A stretch of DNA of 64,000 nt from NCBI RefSeq assembly GCF_009914755.1, contig NC_060926.1; one strand, written 5' to 3'. Each line of letters opens with the position of its first letter. The stretch's first letter is position 1. Source of the stretch: the human T2T-CHM13v2.0 reference genome, Homo sapiens. The notes under the pieces were generated by a model that was given only the letters and a program-made list of their open reading frames with translations, searched no databases and was not told the origin of the DNA. Positions 1 through 14,233 of the stretch are shown piece by piece. The translations under genes were made by a program, and so were the position numbers.

Positions 1-1569
1 CCTAATATGATGTTAGACATTTGTGAGAAAGAGAATTTGCATTATCAAATTTGCAGCAAATAGTATTGTGTTTATATTCTGGAATGTATCTGTAAGTGGA
101 AATAGCACATCTTATCTTAACTTAATAGCTTCTTGAGAAAATTGGGATGTAAGAGAATAGTTTGGCAGCAGTGGATCTCATACTTAAAGAAACCTACTTA
201 ATACCAATATTCTATATAGTTTACTTATACCTATGACACCGAGCTCTCACACTGAAAAATAAAGGAATAGGCACATTTTGAACATAGTATATTAGTCTTA
301 ACTATAGAAAAACAAAGCTGTTTCCTTTGGAAACATTTTAACTCATAGATTTTTAAGTAACTATAATTGCTTTGTGAGTTATGACAAGATAAAACTTAAC
401 TAAAATCTCTAAATTATATCTGCTTGTTTATTGTGATTAGACACAAGAAGGGGTTATTGGCTGTTAAAATTCTTTATTGGCCCTTCTTCTAGAGTTCCTG
501 GAACTTTTCTTCTATTAATAAATACTCTTAGCTCCAATGTAACTATGACAAATGATCATTGGCATATCTGTCTGTTTCCAGTAATTGAACAGGCAGTTTA
601 TAACTCCACATACTATAGATTGGTTGTGCGATAACAATCTAATTATATTAATACCATTCATTTATATTACCATCTTTTGATTGTGATGACTTCTTGGCTT
701 CTGGCAAATATGTAAGCAATTACTTAATCCACACAGTACAAATACAATAGTCTTCTAGATTGCTGCCACAATCAACATGTTCAGAACATAAGGAATTTTA
801 AATCTGTCTTCAAGAGAACTGAATTTCTAAAGCTTTGATTCCAAAAAAGTGGTTATTTGGATCACACTACTAAAGTGATCAATCTGAACCAGTTACCATT
901 ATTGAGTTCAGAGTCTGTTTTTCACTTACAAAATGAAGAGATTATATTAAATATTATTTTGTGTACCTTTTAGCTTTAAAATTCTATGACTAGGATTCAA
1001 AGATGGTAACACATACAATAATAATATCCTTATATATTAACACATAATGTGCAAACACAAGAATATTTAAATTTGAATATTTAAATTTGGCCTTACATGA
1101 GTTTAAAATTGAGAAAACACTTATTGCTAAACTTTTACTCTTGAAAACTGTTAAATTGATATATAAATATAAAACTTTCTTAAAATCTTTCTTCAATTTT
1201 GGCAAAAATTTGATTATTTTTCAATATATTACTATGTAGCATATTATATGCCAGAAAATGATTAATAAAACTTGAAATCAGCTAGTAATTTCATTAAGTT
1301 AAGTGAAATGGGAAATCAGTGGCACAAAAGGTGAAAAGTAAATGCCTCTTTCATGTTCTCATTTAACTCATAAATAATGCAATTAGAGCTTTGTCTTAAA
1401 TGTTTATTGAGACCATGCTCTTTCATTGAGAACTTTCAGACTTTGCTGTCCTAGTGCTTAAATGTACAATTTCATTAATATAGTTTTGGCATGAGTAATA
1501 AAATATAAATGTTTTACAGAATCCAAGCTCTAAGAAGGAACTGTGAAACAGTTCCTGTGTTTCTTAAAG

Positions 1570-2050
1570 TATTTCCCTCCAAATTAATTTAAATTGGCTC
1601 TGGAATGAGCACTGAAAATTTGCTTAAGGACCATAAGAGAAAGGTAATTATAAATGGCAGAGCATCTGACTTAGGGGAGCTATCTGGTGGGGTGCTTGGT
1701 GTTCATCCAAGTTTTCTCTAACAACTTTATTAATTATCTGGAAGAAGAAATAAACAGCATGCTAATTAAATTTGCAGCTGATAATAATTGGGAAATGTTG
1801 CCAACTCCAATGCAAAAAAAAAGAGAGAGAGACAGGGAGAAAGAAATGAAATAATGTAGGATGGGGTTGATCTTGATATATGGTCAGAAATATTTAAAAA
1901 ACAAGAATGAAATGACAAATATAATAGAGAAAAAGAATAGAATGAAGAATCTTAATCATAAATCCATGAAAATAATACATTAACACTTTTAAAGATTTAT
2001 AATATAGATAGTACTTAAAAATAAATATTGTAATCTTGAATGGGGTAGAA
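1570..2050 (+). mobile_element. CR1/L3 LINE relic, reverse transcriptase region
   Basis: About 1726-1800 translates to FINYLEEEINSMLIKFAADNN followed by LGNVAN, matching the CR1 RT motif FINDL..G....L.KFADDTKLGG.AN. Boundaries approximate. Confidence 0.75.
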
Positions 2051-2619
2051 AATGCACATGGCCATCTGTAATGCTTGCATATGTAAAATCAGTAAATTTT
2101 GCACATGAGGGAAACCCTATCACAGAAGACAAATGAAATTTTAGTGGCTGAGATTTGGAGAAATCAATATAATGATAAGTGTAAGAGTGTTGTTTATTCA
2201 AGGGAGTCTGCTTTCTACTACCTAATCTCCATTTGAACACTTTGTCATCAACCTATACATAGTCTTTACCTATTCTTGAAGGCAAGCAATACAAATTTTT
2301 TAGGATCCAAAATTATTTGCTATTTGATGAACAATTGTATAATATGACATTTATCAAGCATACTGTCAAGGTTCTTTGTTCACAGAATAGTTTCTAGCAG
2401 ATATTTCAGCTTAAATAGCCAGAAAATACAACAGAAAATTACAAGAATAGCAGGTAAATAGAAACCTACAAGGACAGGTTTCAGTCAAGTTGCAGTTTTT
2501 TCTTTCCTTACTTTTCATAATGTATTAGTCTAGTCATGATATACATATTACAGGAAGATTTCATAAATTAAACTCCTATAGTGTGTTAAAAATGGATCCT
2601 TTACACTCCTTATCACATT

Positions 2620-2760
2620 ACATTTCAAGCATTTATTTGTCTCCACTATATGGTGAGATCCTTAAGGATAGAAATTGTGTCTTAAACATTTTTGCAATCT
2701 TCAGCCTCTAGAGCCATGCATTGTATCTAGTAAATGCTCAGGTAAAGTTAACTGAATACA
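2620..2760 (+). mobile_element. L2 3' end fragment
   Basis: gtctccactata...gagatccttaaggatagaaattgtgtctt...tagtaaatgctcaggtaaagttaactgaat resembles the L2 3' terminus. Confidence 0.6.
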
Positions 2761-4002
2761 TACTGCATGGTGATTTGGAAACCTCTGTTGATTGCTTATA
2801 AGCTCTGTTACATTAAGCTGATAGTTACCTCTTTGAGCCTCAGTCTTCTTATTCTTAAAAATTGAGAAAATATTGTATTTTACATGGATTTAGAAAAATC
2901 TGAATATAAAACATACGGCCTAGCCCATAAAATCCTATTTCCCCTCCCTTTTCTTTTCTTTCTGTAAATGAATTTCAACAAAAACAATCTAGGTGGAGAT
3001 TTTTGCTCCCTAAATTAAATTGGTTCAATAAAAATTTATTTCAAATATTTATAAATATCAGTACTTTAAAAGAATAAATGCATCTAAGAAAATTGGTCTT
3101 ACTCATATTAGATATAGTGGCCCTGTGTTTTTTAACATTAAGCTTTGTCTTGAAACTTGCAGTTTTCTTTTCAAATTTTATCCAAATTCTGTGTTCAACT
3201 TTATATGCATTGTTAAGTAGGTGTTAAGTGACTTATCTTGACTTCTCATAATGATAATATGTGAAAAGATCTTCTGATTTATGTATTTGGGAATTTTAAG
3301 ACAATTATTACTTAGAACACTATATGACCACTCCATAAAAATACACATCACCATAAAATAACTGCATATGGAGTATTTAATCCTGAACTCCTGAAGATGA
3401 AAAGTGAAAGTAGTTACAATAATCATTATTTTCAATTTTATGTAGTTAAGTGGTTTTACACAAAAAAATTAGCCTTCCAAATGACATAGTTATAATGCGT
3501 TAATGGTAGCATAACGTGTTATTACATTATGCAACATAATTTCATGGGTATTATGTATGGCATTTTAGAAACTCATGTACTTACAGTTATTAGAAGATAC
3601 TCAATTTTTTTCAGACCATATTCTTAACCCTATTACTTAATGTAATCCTTGAGTGGTTTCTCTGCCTTTTGATAAGAGTTCTTTGTATGGATTGCATAAC
3701 TTATTTTTTAACAGTATAACTTATGCTCCCCAATTTCTGCATTATCATCTTTTTGCCTTATTCTTATTTTCAACTAAATATTAAGAATATTGTCTTAAAA
3801 GGATCCCAAAGTCAAGAAGTAGTTATGGCCCAATGTATCTATTTTTTTATAAAGGCTTTGTTTTAAAAGTTGGCCACTTATATAATAAATATTAATACAT
3901 TTCAATGGAATTAGATAGTTCTTTTATCTTTGTTAGCACCAAAAGTAGTTCTTTATTCCCTATAATTCATTCAATTATGTAACAGAAAATGATCATTTCT
4001 CA

Positions 4003-4283
<281 letters not shown>

Positions 4284-4404
4284 AGAAAAGTATCATTTCT
4301 CAAGTGCTCAAGAGATAAATTTACATTCAGATAAGTTTACCACTCGCTGATTTTTGAGAGACTGTGCACAAAGTATTTACATATACAGACCTTTTCTTCA
4401 AACA

Positions 4405-4600
4405 GATCTGGATTCAAATCTCGTATTTGACTCTAAATTCCTGTGTGAATTTAGGCAAGTTAATCTCTTCTAGACTCACTTTATCTGTAAAAGAAACTTT
4501 GTATTTATCACTCAAACCTACTTTTTAAAAGAATCCATTGAAATAAGGTAGCTAAAATGTCTAGCACATGGTAGTTGCTTAGGATACGGTATAAGATAAT
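4405..4600 (+). mobile_element. MIR
   Basis: ctggattcaaatctc...ctgtgtgaatttaggcaagttaatctc...atctgtaaaa core. Confidence 0.7.
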
Positions 4601-5709
4601 ATTATTCTAATTAATAACTTGGTAGTACTAACAAGGTAAACAGAGAGTTCATAGTCTTATGAAGTTGGAGCTAAGAGGATCACATAATCAGGTAATATTA
4701 AAGTCTGCTTTTAAGGACTGCCATCTAGTACTCACATAAATGAAAAACTGAAAACACAGATTAAATATTATTATCAACTTCAATGTAAGTCAGCGAAATA
4801 ATTATTGTAATCAGTATATAAGCAAAGACTGTGGCTATTTGGAAGAAAGGAATTGAATGATTATGGTTGAGGAGGTAAAAAAAGGTTTATATGTTTGAAT
4901 TTGGAGAATAAGCAGGAATTTAGCAATTTGAGAAGACTGAGGAGGTATTTCAAAGCAAAGAGAAAACTAAAAAAAGTCATGAAGGCGCTAAAATTATCTA
5001 ACGTTTGCAAAGTGAAATTTTTCAGTATTCTATGAATGAGAAGTGTAGGGTTCAGGAAATAGTGAGAACAAAGAATGGTGGAGAAGTACATTGGTTGACA
5101 TTGATGCATGATAAAATATATGTGACATTGTTTTCTGCAGAAAATGGGGAAATATGTGATGATCAAAACCATTCAAAAATGATTTAAAAATACATTTCTG
5201 TGTTTGCATGTGTAAATGGTATGTTCGTCTGTAAAGTTGTGGTAAAGTTTTAGATTCTATTCCCAAGAGCCCAGAGCCTGGCCTTGAGCATCTTACTCTC
5301 TATTAAGACATTGATTGCAATAAATGAAGGACCTATGAAAGGTGGTCTGACAGTGGCCAACGTGTTTGGAATGATAAGTTAGAAGGCAGAAGGTGGTCTG
5401 GACAACTGGGATAAGATAGTACTTCCAAGCCAAACAAGGGATTCATTTTTCAGTGGCCACAGAAAAAGGATTAGTGTTGCTCCTGGCTTCAGTATTCTCT
5501 GTTATCCAGTAGTCCTTAATACCAGAATGCCATTTTCACCTGAGTTGTTTCTTTTCATCCTCTCCTTCAGGCCACTCTGCATTTTGTGCTACTCCTTTCC
5601 TTTCATGTTTTTCCTTGGAAATGGAAAGGAAACGCCTGAAATAGAGGGTGACTCAAGTAACAATCTTAAGTAATCAACTCAGGGTATTGAATCAATTTGA
5701 GCTTTAAAT

Positions 5710-6070
5710 TAGAGTCCCATAGTTTGCTTCTTACTTGGTGGGCATGAGGCCTCAGTTTCCTCATCTCTATAATGGGGGCATTAATACTTCCCTTATAGGG
5801 TTTCTTTGGGAATTAAGTTAAATAATACATGCAAAGAACCAAGCATAATTCCTAGCATATAGTATGTATTCAATACTATTAACGTTTATTATCATCTTAG
5901 TGGTAAAAGCACTAGACTAGGCATTGGAAGGCCTGGTTTCTTCTGTCTTTGCTACTTACTAACTGAATAAATTGGGGCAAGACATTTAACACCTCTGATT
6001 CTCAGATCTAAGTCTATTAACATCTCTGATACCTCACAAATATGTTGTGAAGAGCAAATAAATGGTTCAT
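5710..6070 (+). mobile_element. Two adjacent MIR fragments
   Basis: gcctcagtttcctcatctctataatgggg core, then a second head tagtggtaaaagcactagactagg...gggcaagacatttaacacctctg. Confidence 0.75.
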
Positions 6071-6589
6071 AGGACTGTTCAGATGTTCAATGTCATTTGA
6101 ACCACAGAAAGTTTTATAAAAGTAATACATTGTTTTCATCAAAATAGCTGTTAATAATAGTAAAACCCAGCAGCCAAGCTTATTCGGAGGGTCACAGATT
6201 AAGGTCTGGTTGTTACAGAGCTAGTGACCCTGAGCCAGCAGATGTCAGCACACCAAGAAGAATATTAAGCTCTTTATATTGTGAAGCTTGCAAATTATCA
6301 GGTTTTGCCCACTTTGATTCCAACAATCTCAACTTCAGTAACCATATAATCCAAATATCTGAAGACAGCAAAACCAGAGAGATGTCTTAACTTTGTGAAC
6401 AAAGCAGTAATGGTCTTGCCTAAACAGCTATCATTCCTCAGCAAGAATTATCTTCACCCTTACTCAGTATGGCTTAAGGGTATAGTCTTTGTGTCTCTTG
6501 TCTGAGTCTAATGCCGTACAATGAAAAGAGTGGGCCTACTTACGTCAGAATCCCAGCTAACCTTCCTGCCATAATTTTTTTTTTTTAAG

Positions 6590-8420
6590 TTAAGGATCAG
6601 TTTCCAGAATTAGTGGGTTAAATGTAAGCCAGTCTTTGGCCAGAACGCCATTTTTTTTTTCCTGGCCCTCATAAACCTCTAAAAAGAGGACCATGATGAA
6701 GCTTTGGGTTTCCGGCTACTAACATCAACTTGAACACTGTGTTAAATAGTCCTCAGAATTCACTAGTATTCTGCTTTCCCAGATGGAGCTTCTTTTGTAA
6801 AAGGACTAAATTATTGCAATACATACTTGCCATAGTGTTGTAATATCTTACCTCCCAGATACTTGGCCACTTCTTCAGTCAGTAGGTTCAGATATGAATG
6901 GATCTTCAGTTCAGTTCTTGGATTAGAGCAAAAGTATGGTGACTGCCCTCAGCCTCTTTCTTGTCAATTCGTGTCTTTCTGTCTTTTTCTAGTTGTTGAT
7001 AGGAAGAAGGATTCTCATTGTTAACCTGTTTATTTTTCCCCTAGTAATTTCATGCACTATTAACCACCTCCACAACTCCTATGTGTCAAACTCACTTGGC
7101 TGCTCCTCCAACCTTCCCAGTTGTTACAACAACTGAGATCCCAGCTTTTGAAGGTTAAGTACCACAACCTGGCCTGTTGTACCTCAGGGCACCGTTATCC
7201 TTATGGAGGTTAATGAACCCAGCTCTGTGATTGCCTCTGCTTCCAATAGCCTTGTCCTATAGAGAGACCCAACACTGAACTTCCATTCCAACCAGTGTAT
7301 TTCTGATGGCCTTGATAAAGGTATGTCCTCCAGGTCCTGCTGTGGAATATAATCCTCTGATGAATCTTCCATTCAAACTTGTCTAGTTCCTTCAGTCATA
7401 TACCACCATTCAGGGTAACTCAAGTATTTCCAGTTCACTCAGAATGGGTTATCACTTTCTTCCAACTTCTAAGAGCCATTCAAACAACAAACGTGCCATA
7501 TCTCCTCAGGTTTTCTCTTTCATCACGAAAGTCCTCCCAAGTCCATGATACTTTGCTTTTGCAATATTACATTGTAGCATCCTTGATCAAGTTCCCTTAA
7601 AATCTGCCTCCAGGGTATCGCCCTAACTACTGCCAATACATGTTTGCTAACTCACATAGCAACTTCTGGTTGTAACCCCTTTCCTTCCTCATCAAGACCA
7701 GCAGGTGCACAATTGATTACATTGAGGTTTAACCTGGCAGATGGCAGACAAGTGGGGAGGTTTAGTAATTCCTTAGTAGCGGCGCCTCTTGCCTTTTGGG
7801 TGAGAGGTTTCTGCATATTCTTCCAGCATGGGGAAAATTCTGGCTCTCACTCCAGAGAATTGGGTCACTTAGAGACAACTTTAAGAATTCAAAGGTTTTG
7901 CAGAACAAAAATCTCGAGAGCATTCCCTCAGATGTTTCCATTTCACATTGTAGGATCTCGGGTTTTCCTAACCAAGGCTCTTACTTTAGCAAAACAGACT
8001 CACCTTGACTGTGTATTTAAATATCTCTGGAGCTCTACTACCCTATCAGATCCTGAGTTTCATCCTCAGCTTTGTCTGCTTTACCGTTGTTGGAAATAAA
8101 GGTGTCTTTATATGCCACCATATATACCTTGTAGGCCTCACTTCTTAGCTTTTAAATATTAGCCCTTAATTTCGCATGATCCCTATGGGCATCAATATAA
8201 CTTAGTAATATTTGGCCAATTCCATTGTCCTTGTAAGCTTTATTTATCACTTATTTTCTAAAAGTTTGAATTATTGTACCAATAAGGATTTCCCCTCCAC
8301 TGGGACATTCTCCCAGGTCACCAGTAGGAAATATTCAGGTATTGGGTCACCACTTTGTGCCAGGGACAATTTGTTTTCCCAACATACCACCTGTTTTCTT
8401 AAACTAATCCCCACTTACCT
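6590..8420 (-). mobile_element. ERVL-class (HERV16/ERV3-16A3-like) internal region with decayed gag and protease
   Basis: Minus-strand peptides WRQILRELDQGCYNVILQKQSIMDLGGLS (about 7525-7612; ERVL gag WEWILRVLDQGGRNI..D..EFIDMG.LS), DYIPQQDLED..IKAIRNTLV and AITELGSL (about 7215-7355), and HLGKQNTSEF*GLFNTVFKLMLVAGNPKLHHGP (about 6687-6785; protease HWGKGNTQTFRGLLDTGSELTLIPGDPKHHHGP). Many stops and frameshifts. Confidence 0.85.
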
Positions 8421-9230
8421 TTGTCAGCTCAGGTTATCTGAGATGCAGACAAGATGGTAGTTGATATGCAAGAGACTTACTGGGGGAAAAGCTTATGAAG
8501 GATAAAGGGAAACGAAAGAAAAGTAAGGAGAGCTTTCAGAAGTAGGTCTGATACCTGAGAAAGGAGAGAGGAAAAGAATGAATGGTTAGAAAGAGCCTCA
8601 AACTACAGTGCAGTTCTGGGACTGTTATTGCCAGGTTACTGAGGAACAGGGAGTAAAAGTTATCCACTAGAAAAATCTTTTTTCCTGAAATATTATAGTT
8701 TATTTTTTGATCTATACGATTTGTGCATTTGAGTTACATATAAAATTTTCCTACCTGCCTAGAATGTGTAGTGATCCCAAGTTAGTGCATATAAGCTGTC
8801 CATCACTCAAGTTATTTATCGTTCTATATGTTGGGTACATTCCAATACAGCTATTTGAAATATACAATACATTGTTGCCAGCCATACTCACCCTACTCTG
8901 CTATTAGACATTATAACTTATTTTTTCTATTTAACTGTATGTTTGTACACATTAACTAACCTCTCTTCCTCCCCATCCCTGTCCTCCAACACTCTCCCTT
9001 CCCAGCCTCTGGTATCTATCATTCCATTCTACATCCATGGGCTCAACTATTTTAGCTTCCACATACGCCACATATGAGTGAGAACATGCAATGAAAAAAT
9101 TTTTTCAGAGAGCAGACATGGCTTTGTTCTGGTAACCCTGATATACTGAATCATTGGCAAGGAGCAGCCTTGCAGAACCATTCCTGGTCTGAACATCATG
9201 ATACATTCAAAAGTAATCTCTAGTAGTGCT
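8421..9230 (-). mobile_element. ERVL-type LTR (LTR16/33/41-like), probable 5' LTR, split by an L1 insert
   Basis: tgcaagagacttactgggggaaaagcttatgaaggataaaggg, and after the L1 piece tcattggcaaggagcagcc. Abuts the gag side of the internal region. Confidence 0.65.
8685..9092 (-). mobile_element. L1MA-type 3' UTR fragment inserted in the LTR
   Basis: cccagcctctggtatctatcattccattctacatccatg...catatgagtgagaacatgc. Imperfect TSD gaaaaatctttttt (about 8670) / gaaaaaattttttc (about 9093). Confidence 0.8.
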
Positions 9231-9708
9231 TAGAGGCTTTGAGACTATTATTACCTATTGAGCAGTTTATCCTATTTTTTTTTCCTATCCCCAGCCTTTG
9301 GCAACCACCAATCCACTTTCTGTTTCAATAGACTTACCATATTTTGTATAAATGAAATCACACAGTATGTGACCTTTTGTGTATGATTTCCTTCAGTTAG
9401 CATAATGTTTTCAAGTTTCATCTACATTGTAGCATGGGTCAGCATCACTTTCCTTTTAATGGCTGAATAATATTCATTTTTATTCCATTCCATATTCATA
9501 TTATAATTATGAATATGAACAATAAATATTATTCTATAATTTGTTTATCTCTGTATGCATTGATGGGCATTTGGGTTTTTGTACTTTTTAACTATTGGGA
9601 ACAATGCTATTATGAATATTTGTATACAAGTTTTTTTTGAGACTTTACTTATTCTGGTTATGTACATAGAAGCAGAGTTGCTGATTCATATGGTAATTCT
9701 ATGTTTAA

Positions 9709-10002
<294 letters not shown>

Positions 10003-11380
10003 ATATGTGTAACTTTTTGAGGAACTGTCAAAATGTTTTCTACAGTAGTTGTACCATTTTATATTTTCACCAGTGATGTAAAAAAGTTTCCGTATCTCTA
10101 CACCCTCACTGACATTTGTTATTTTCTGTTTATTATTATTATTGCCATATCAGTGGCTATAATGTAATACTTCCTTTTATTTGTATTTTTCTAGTTATTA
10201 ATAACGTTATGCATCTTTTTGTGTACTTGTTGGCCGTTTTCGTATCTTTTTTAGAGAAGTATCTAAGTCCTTTACCTATTTATTAATGGGGTGTCTTTTA
10301 CTGTTGAGTTGTAAGAGTTTTTCATATATATTGGATACTATTACCTTATTAGAGATATGATTTCCAAGTATTTTCTCCCATTCTATGGGTTGTGTTTTCA
10401 CTTTCTTGATAATATTTTTTGATGTACCAAAGTTTTAAATTTTGATGAATACTAATTAATTTTTTGTTGTTGCTCATGTTTTTGGTGTCATATCTAAGAA
10501 TCCATTACCAAATCCAAGTTTATAAAGATTTACACCTGTGTTTTCTTCTAAAAATTCTACAGTTTTAGCTCTTGCATTTAGGTCTCTAGTACATTCTGAA
10601 TTAGCTTTTGTATACGGTGTAAGGTGGGGCTCTAACTTCATTCTTTTACATGTGAATATCTGGTTGGCCCTGAACCATTCATTGAAGAGACCATTCTTAC
10701 CTGCACTGAATGGTCTTGGAACCCTTATAGAAAGTTAATTGTACATAGATGTATGGGTTCAATTTCTGGGCATGTTTAATTTCTTACTTTAGTAATTTGA
10801 ATCATTTCTTTGCTGATCTTTTCAAAGAAGCAACTTCTTTTCAAAGAAGTTCTCAATTGTATTCCATTTGTTTATATGTCTGTATTCTAGTACCAGAATA
10901 TTGTGATTACTGTAGTTTTTAAGTAATTTTTGAAATGAAAAAGTATGAGTCCTCCATTTTACTCAAGATTGTTTTAGCATTTCAGGGCCCTGTTTAATTC
11001 CACATAAATTTGAGGACTGGCATTTGCATTTCTGCAGAATAGGCTGTTGGAATTTTGATTGGGATTGCATTGAATCTGTAGTTTGTTTTGAGTAGTATTG
11101 CCATCTTAAAAATTTTAAGCCTTCTATGATAATATGTCATTCCATTTATTAAGGAATTCCTTATTTTCAATAAAATTTTTCTGTTTTAAGTAAGTTTTCA
11201 GTGTGTAGGTCTTGTATTTCTTTTGATAAATTTATTTCTAAGTATTTTCTTGTTTTACTTTCTCTTGTAAGTGGAATTGTTTAGTTAATTTTATTTTCAG
11301 ATTGTTCATTGCTGGTGTAGGGCTTTCTATGTACAAAATCTTGTCATTTGTGAAGGGAGATAGTATTATTTATTGCTTTC

Positions 11381-11765
11381 TGTATTAGTTTGTTCTCACA
11401 CTGCTATAAAGAACTACCTGAGACTGGGTAATTTATGAAGAAAAGAGGTTTAACTGACACACGGTTCCACAGGCTCTACAGGAAGCATGGCTGAGAGGCC
11501 TCAGGAAACTTAGAATCATAGCAGAAGATGAAGGGAAAGCAAGCTCGTCTTACCACAGTGAAGCAAGAGAGACAGAAAGAGAAGGGGGAGGTGCCACACA
11601 CTTTTAAACCATCAGATTTCATGAGAACTCACTCACTATTACAAGAATAGCAATGGGAAGTGCACCCCCAAGATTCAATCACCTTCCACCAGGCCCCTCC
11701 TCTAACACGAGGGGATTACAATTTGAGATGAGATTTGGGTGGGGACACAGAGACAAACCATATCA
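11381..11765 (-). mobile_element. MaLR solo LTR (THE1D/MSTA-like)
   Basis: tgtattagtttgttctcacactgctataaag...ggggacacagagacaaaccatatca. TG..CA ends and perfect 5-bp TSD ctttc. Confidence 0.95.
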
Positions 11766-14233
11766 CTTTCCAATGTAAATGCCCTTTTATTCAGTTTTCT
11801 GGCCTAAGTGCCCTCGGTGGAATCTACAGCACAATGTTGAGTAGCAGTGGTGGGAGTGGACATTCTTATTTTTAGAGTTAAACATTAGTTGTCATGCTGT
11901 TTGGATGAACACAATTTTTACCTTTACATAAAATACTAATTACCTGCACATAAATTCTGTTATCAGAAGTCAAAAAACCAAGGTAAAGAAAATGGCCTTG
12001 GACTGGTTTCATACACTAGGATATTTAGTCAGGCATCCCACAATTATTTACTGTAATATCTAACTTTCAATGTAATAGGCATCTCTATACAACTGTCTAA
12101 GTTCTCAGGCAGCAAGCAGAAGTGTCTTATTCATTTTCTTAACCTTAACACCTGGCAGACCAGTACATAGAAAGTAGTTAATAGTATAATTTAACTGTGT
12201 TCTACACAATGTTGAGTAATATAGGAAATATAAAAGAAAATAAGTGAGATGGCCAGGTATGCTACAGATTATCTTTGGATATAATAAAAACTTTATGGGA
12301 GAGAGAGATAATTATAAATTATTTTCCTCTGGTAAGATTTTGTAGAAGAGGGAACTTAACCTGTGTCTCAATGGTGAGTAGAATTAGTCATGAGGGATGA
12401 GACTGGGGAAATTATTCAGAGAAAAGCTGTTACGCCAGTCAGGGTCATATATTTGGAATTGGTTGAGGGGAGCAATGGAAGATGAGTTCAAACTGACTAG
12501 GAGGTAAATTCTGTGTTAGAAAATAAGAAGAAATATTTTTTAGACAAAAATTTTAACAGCTTCTAAAGTTTTTTCCATATTAAATAGAGGATTCATTTTC
12601 TGCTGTATGAGACTGCATGGAATCCCATAAAATTTGGGATTTATTCTGGTTTGATGTTTGTTGTTTCTCTGTGGAAGTATGTGTGCAATCTGGGGAGGTA
12701 TTGTAGCATAGTTAGTGTCTCTTCAAAATTTATATCATTTTATACTTTTTATTTTTTATTTTATTATCTCACATGCTTCTCATTTGTTTGTGGTGGGAAT
12801 ACTTAAAATTTGTAACTTATTAATAATTTTCAAGTAGGTAAAACATTGTTATTAACTATAGTCACCATGTTATATAATAGCTGTCTTAAGCTTTTTCCTC
12901 CTAACTAAAATTTTGTATCCTATTCTGTCCCATTGGTCTATGTGTCTGTTTTTATGCCACTAGCATGCTGCCTTGATTACTATAGCTTGAAGATATATTT
13001 TGAAATCAGGTAGTGCGATGCCTCCAGCTTTGTGTTTCTCTGTTTGTTTTTGCTCAAGATTATGTTGGCTATTTGGGGTTTTTTGTGGTTCCATAAGAAT
13101 TTTAGAGTTGTTTTTCCTATTTCTATAAAAAGTGGCATTGAAATTTCATTTTGATAAAAATTGCATTGATTCTGGAAGTTGTTTTGTATAGTATGGGCAT
13201 TTAAAAATTATTTATTCTTCCAATCCATCAATGTGGGATATCTTTTCACTCACTTGTGTTTTATAGTTTTCAGTGTACAAGTCTGTCACCTTCTTGCTTG
13301 CGTTTATTCCTATGAATTTTTTGTAGTTGTTATAAACAGGATTGTTTTCTTGATTTCTTTTTCAAATAGTTTGCTGTTAGTGTACAAAAATACTTCTGAT
13401 TTTTTAATGTTTATTTTGCATTATTAGCCATACTGAATGTGTTTATTAATTCTAACAGTTTTTTGGTAGAGCTCTTAGAATTTTCTATATATAAGATTAT
13501 GTCATCTGCAAACAGAGACAATTTCACTTCTTTTCCTACTTGGATGCCTTTTATTGTTTTCTCTTGCCTAATTGCCATGGGTAGGACTTCTAGTACTATG
13601 TTAAACAGAAGTTGTGAGAGTAGACATCCTTATCTTGTTTCTGTTCTTAGAGGAAAAGCTTTCAACTTCTCAACATTGAGTATGATGTTAGTTGTGGGAT
13701 TGTCACATATGACCTTTATTATGTTGAGGTTCATGTTTTCCATATCTAATTTGTTGAGAGTTTTTATCATAAAATAATGTTGAATTTTGTCAAATGCTTC
13801 TTTAGCATCTATTGAGATGCTCATATGGTTTTTGTCCTTCATTCTGTTAATGTGGTGTATCACATTTGATTTGCATATATTGAACCATGCTTGTATCCCA
13901 AGGATAAATCCTACTTTATCATGGTAAATGGCCATTTTAATGTGCTGTGAATTCAGTTTTCCAGTATTTTGTTGAGGATTTTTGCATCTATATTCATCAG
14001 GGTTATTTGCCTCTAATTTTATGTTCTTGTCATGTCTTGTCTAGCTGTATCAAGATAATGCTGGCCTTGCAAAATGAGTATGGAAGTATTCCCTCTTCAG
14101 TGTCTTGGAAGAATTTGAGAAGGACTGTTATTATTATTTTTTTATTTTTTTGGGAACATATACATGTAGGGGCAAAAACAATAATCCTATTATTTACTTC
14201 ACCCTCATCTAATGCCTCTTAGTAATAAGCATG

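Noticed and set aside
1536-1556. Perfect 9-bp inverted repeat aggaactgt-gaa-acagttcct
   Set aside because: An isolated stem of this size is plausible by chance in 64 kb and has no supporting context.
7644-8099. 151-aa ORF on the + strand
   Set aside because: Antisense to decayed ERVL gag, starts at TTG, and resembles no protein I recognise.
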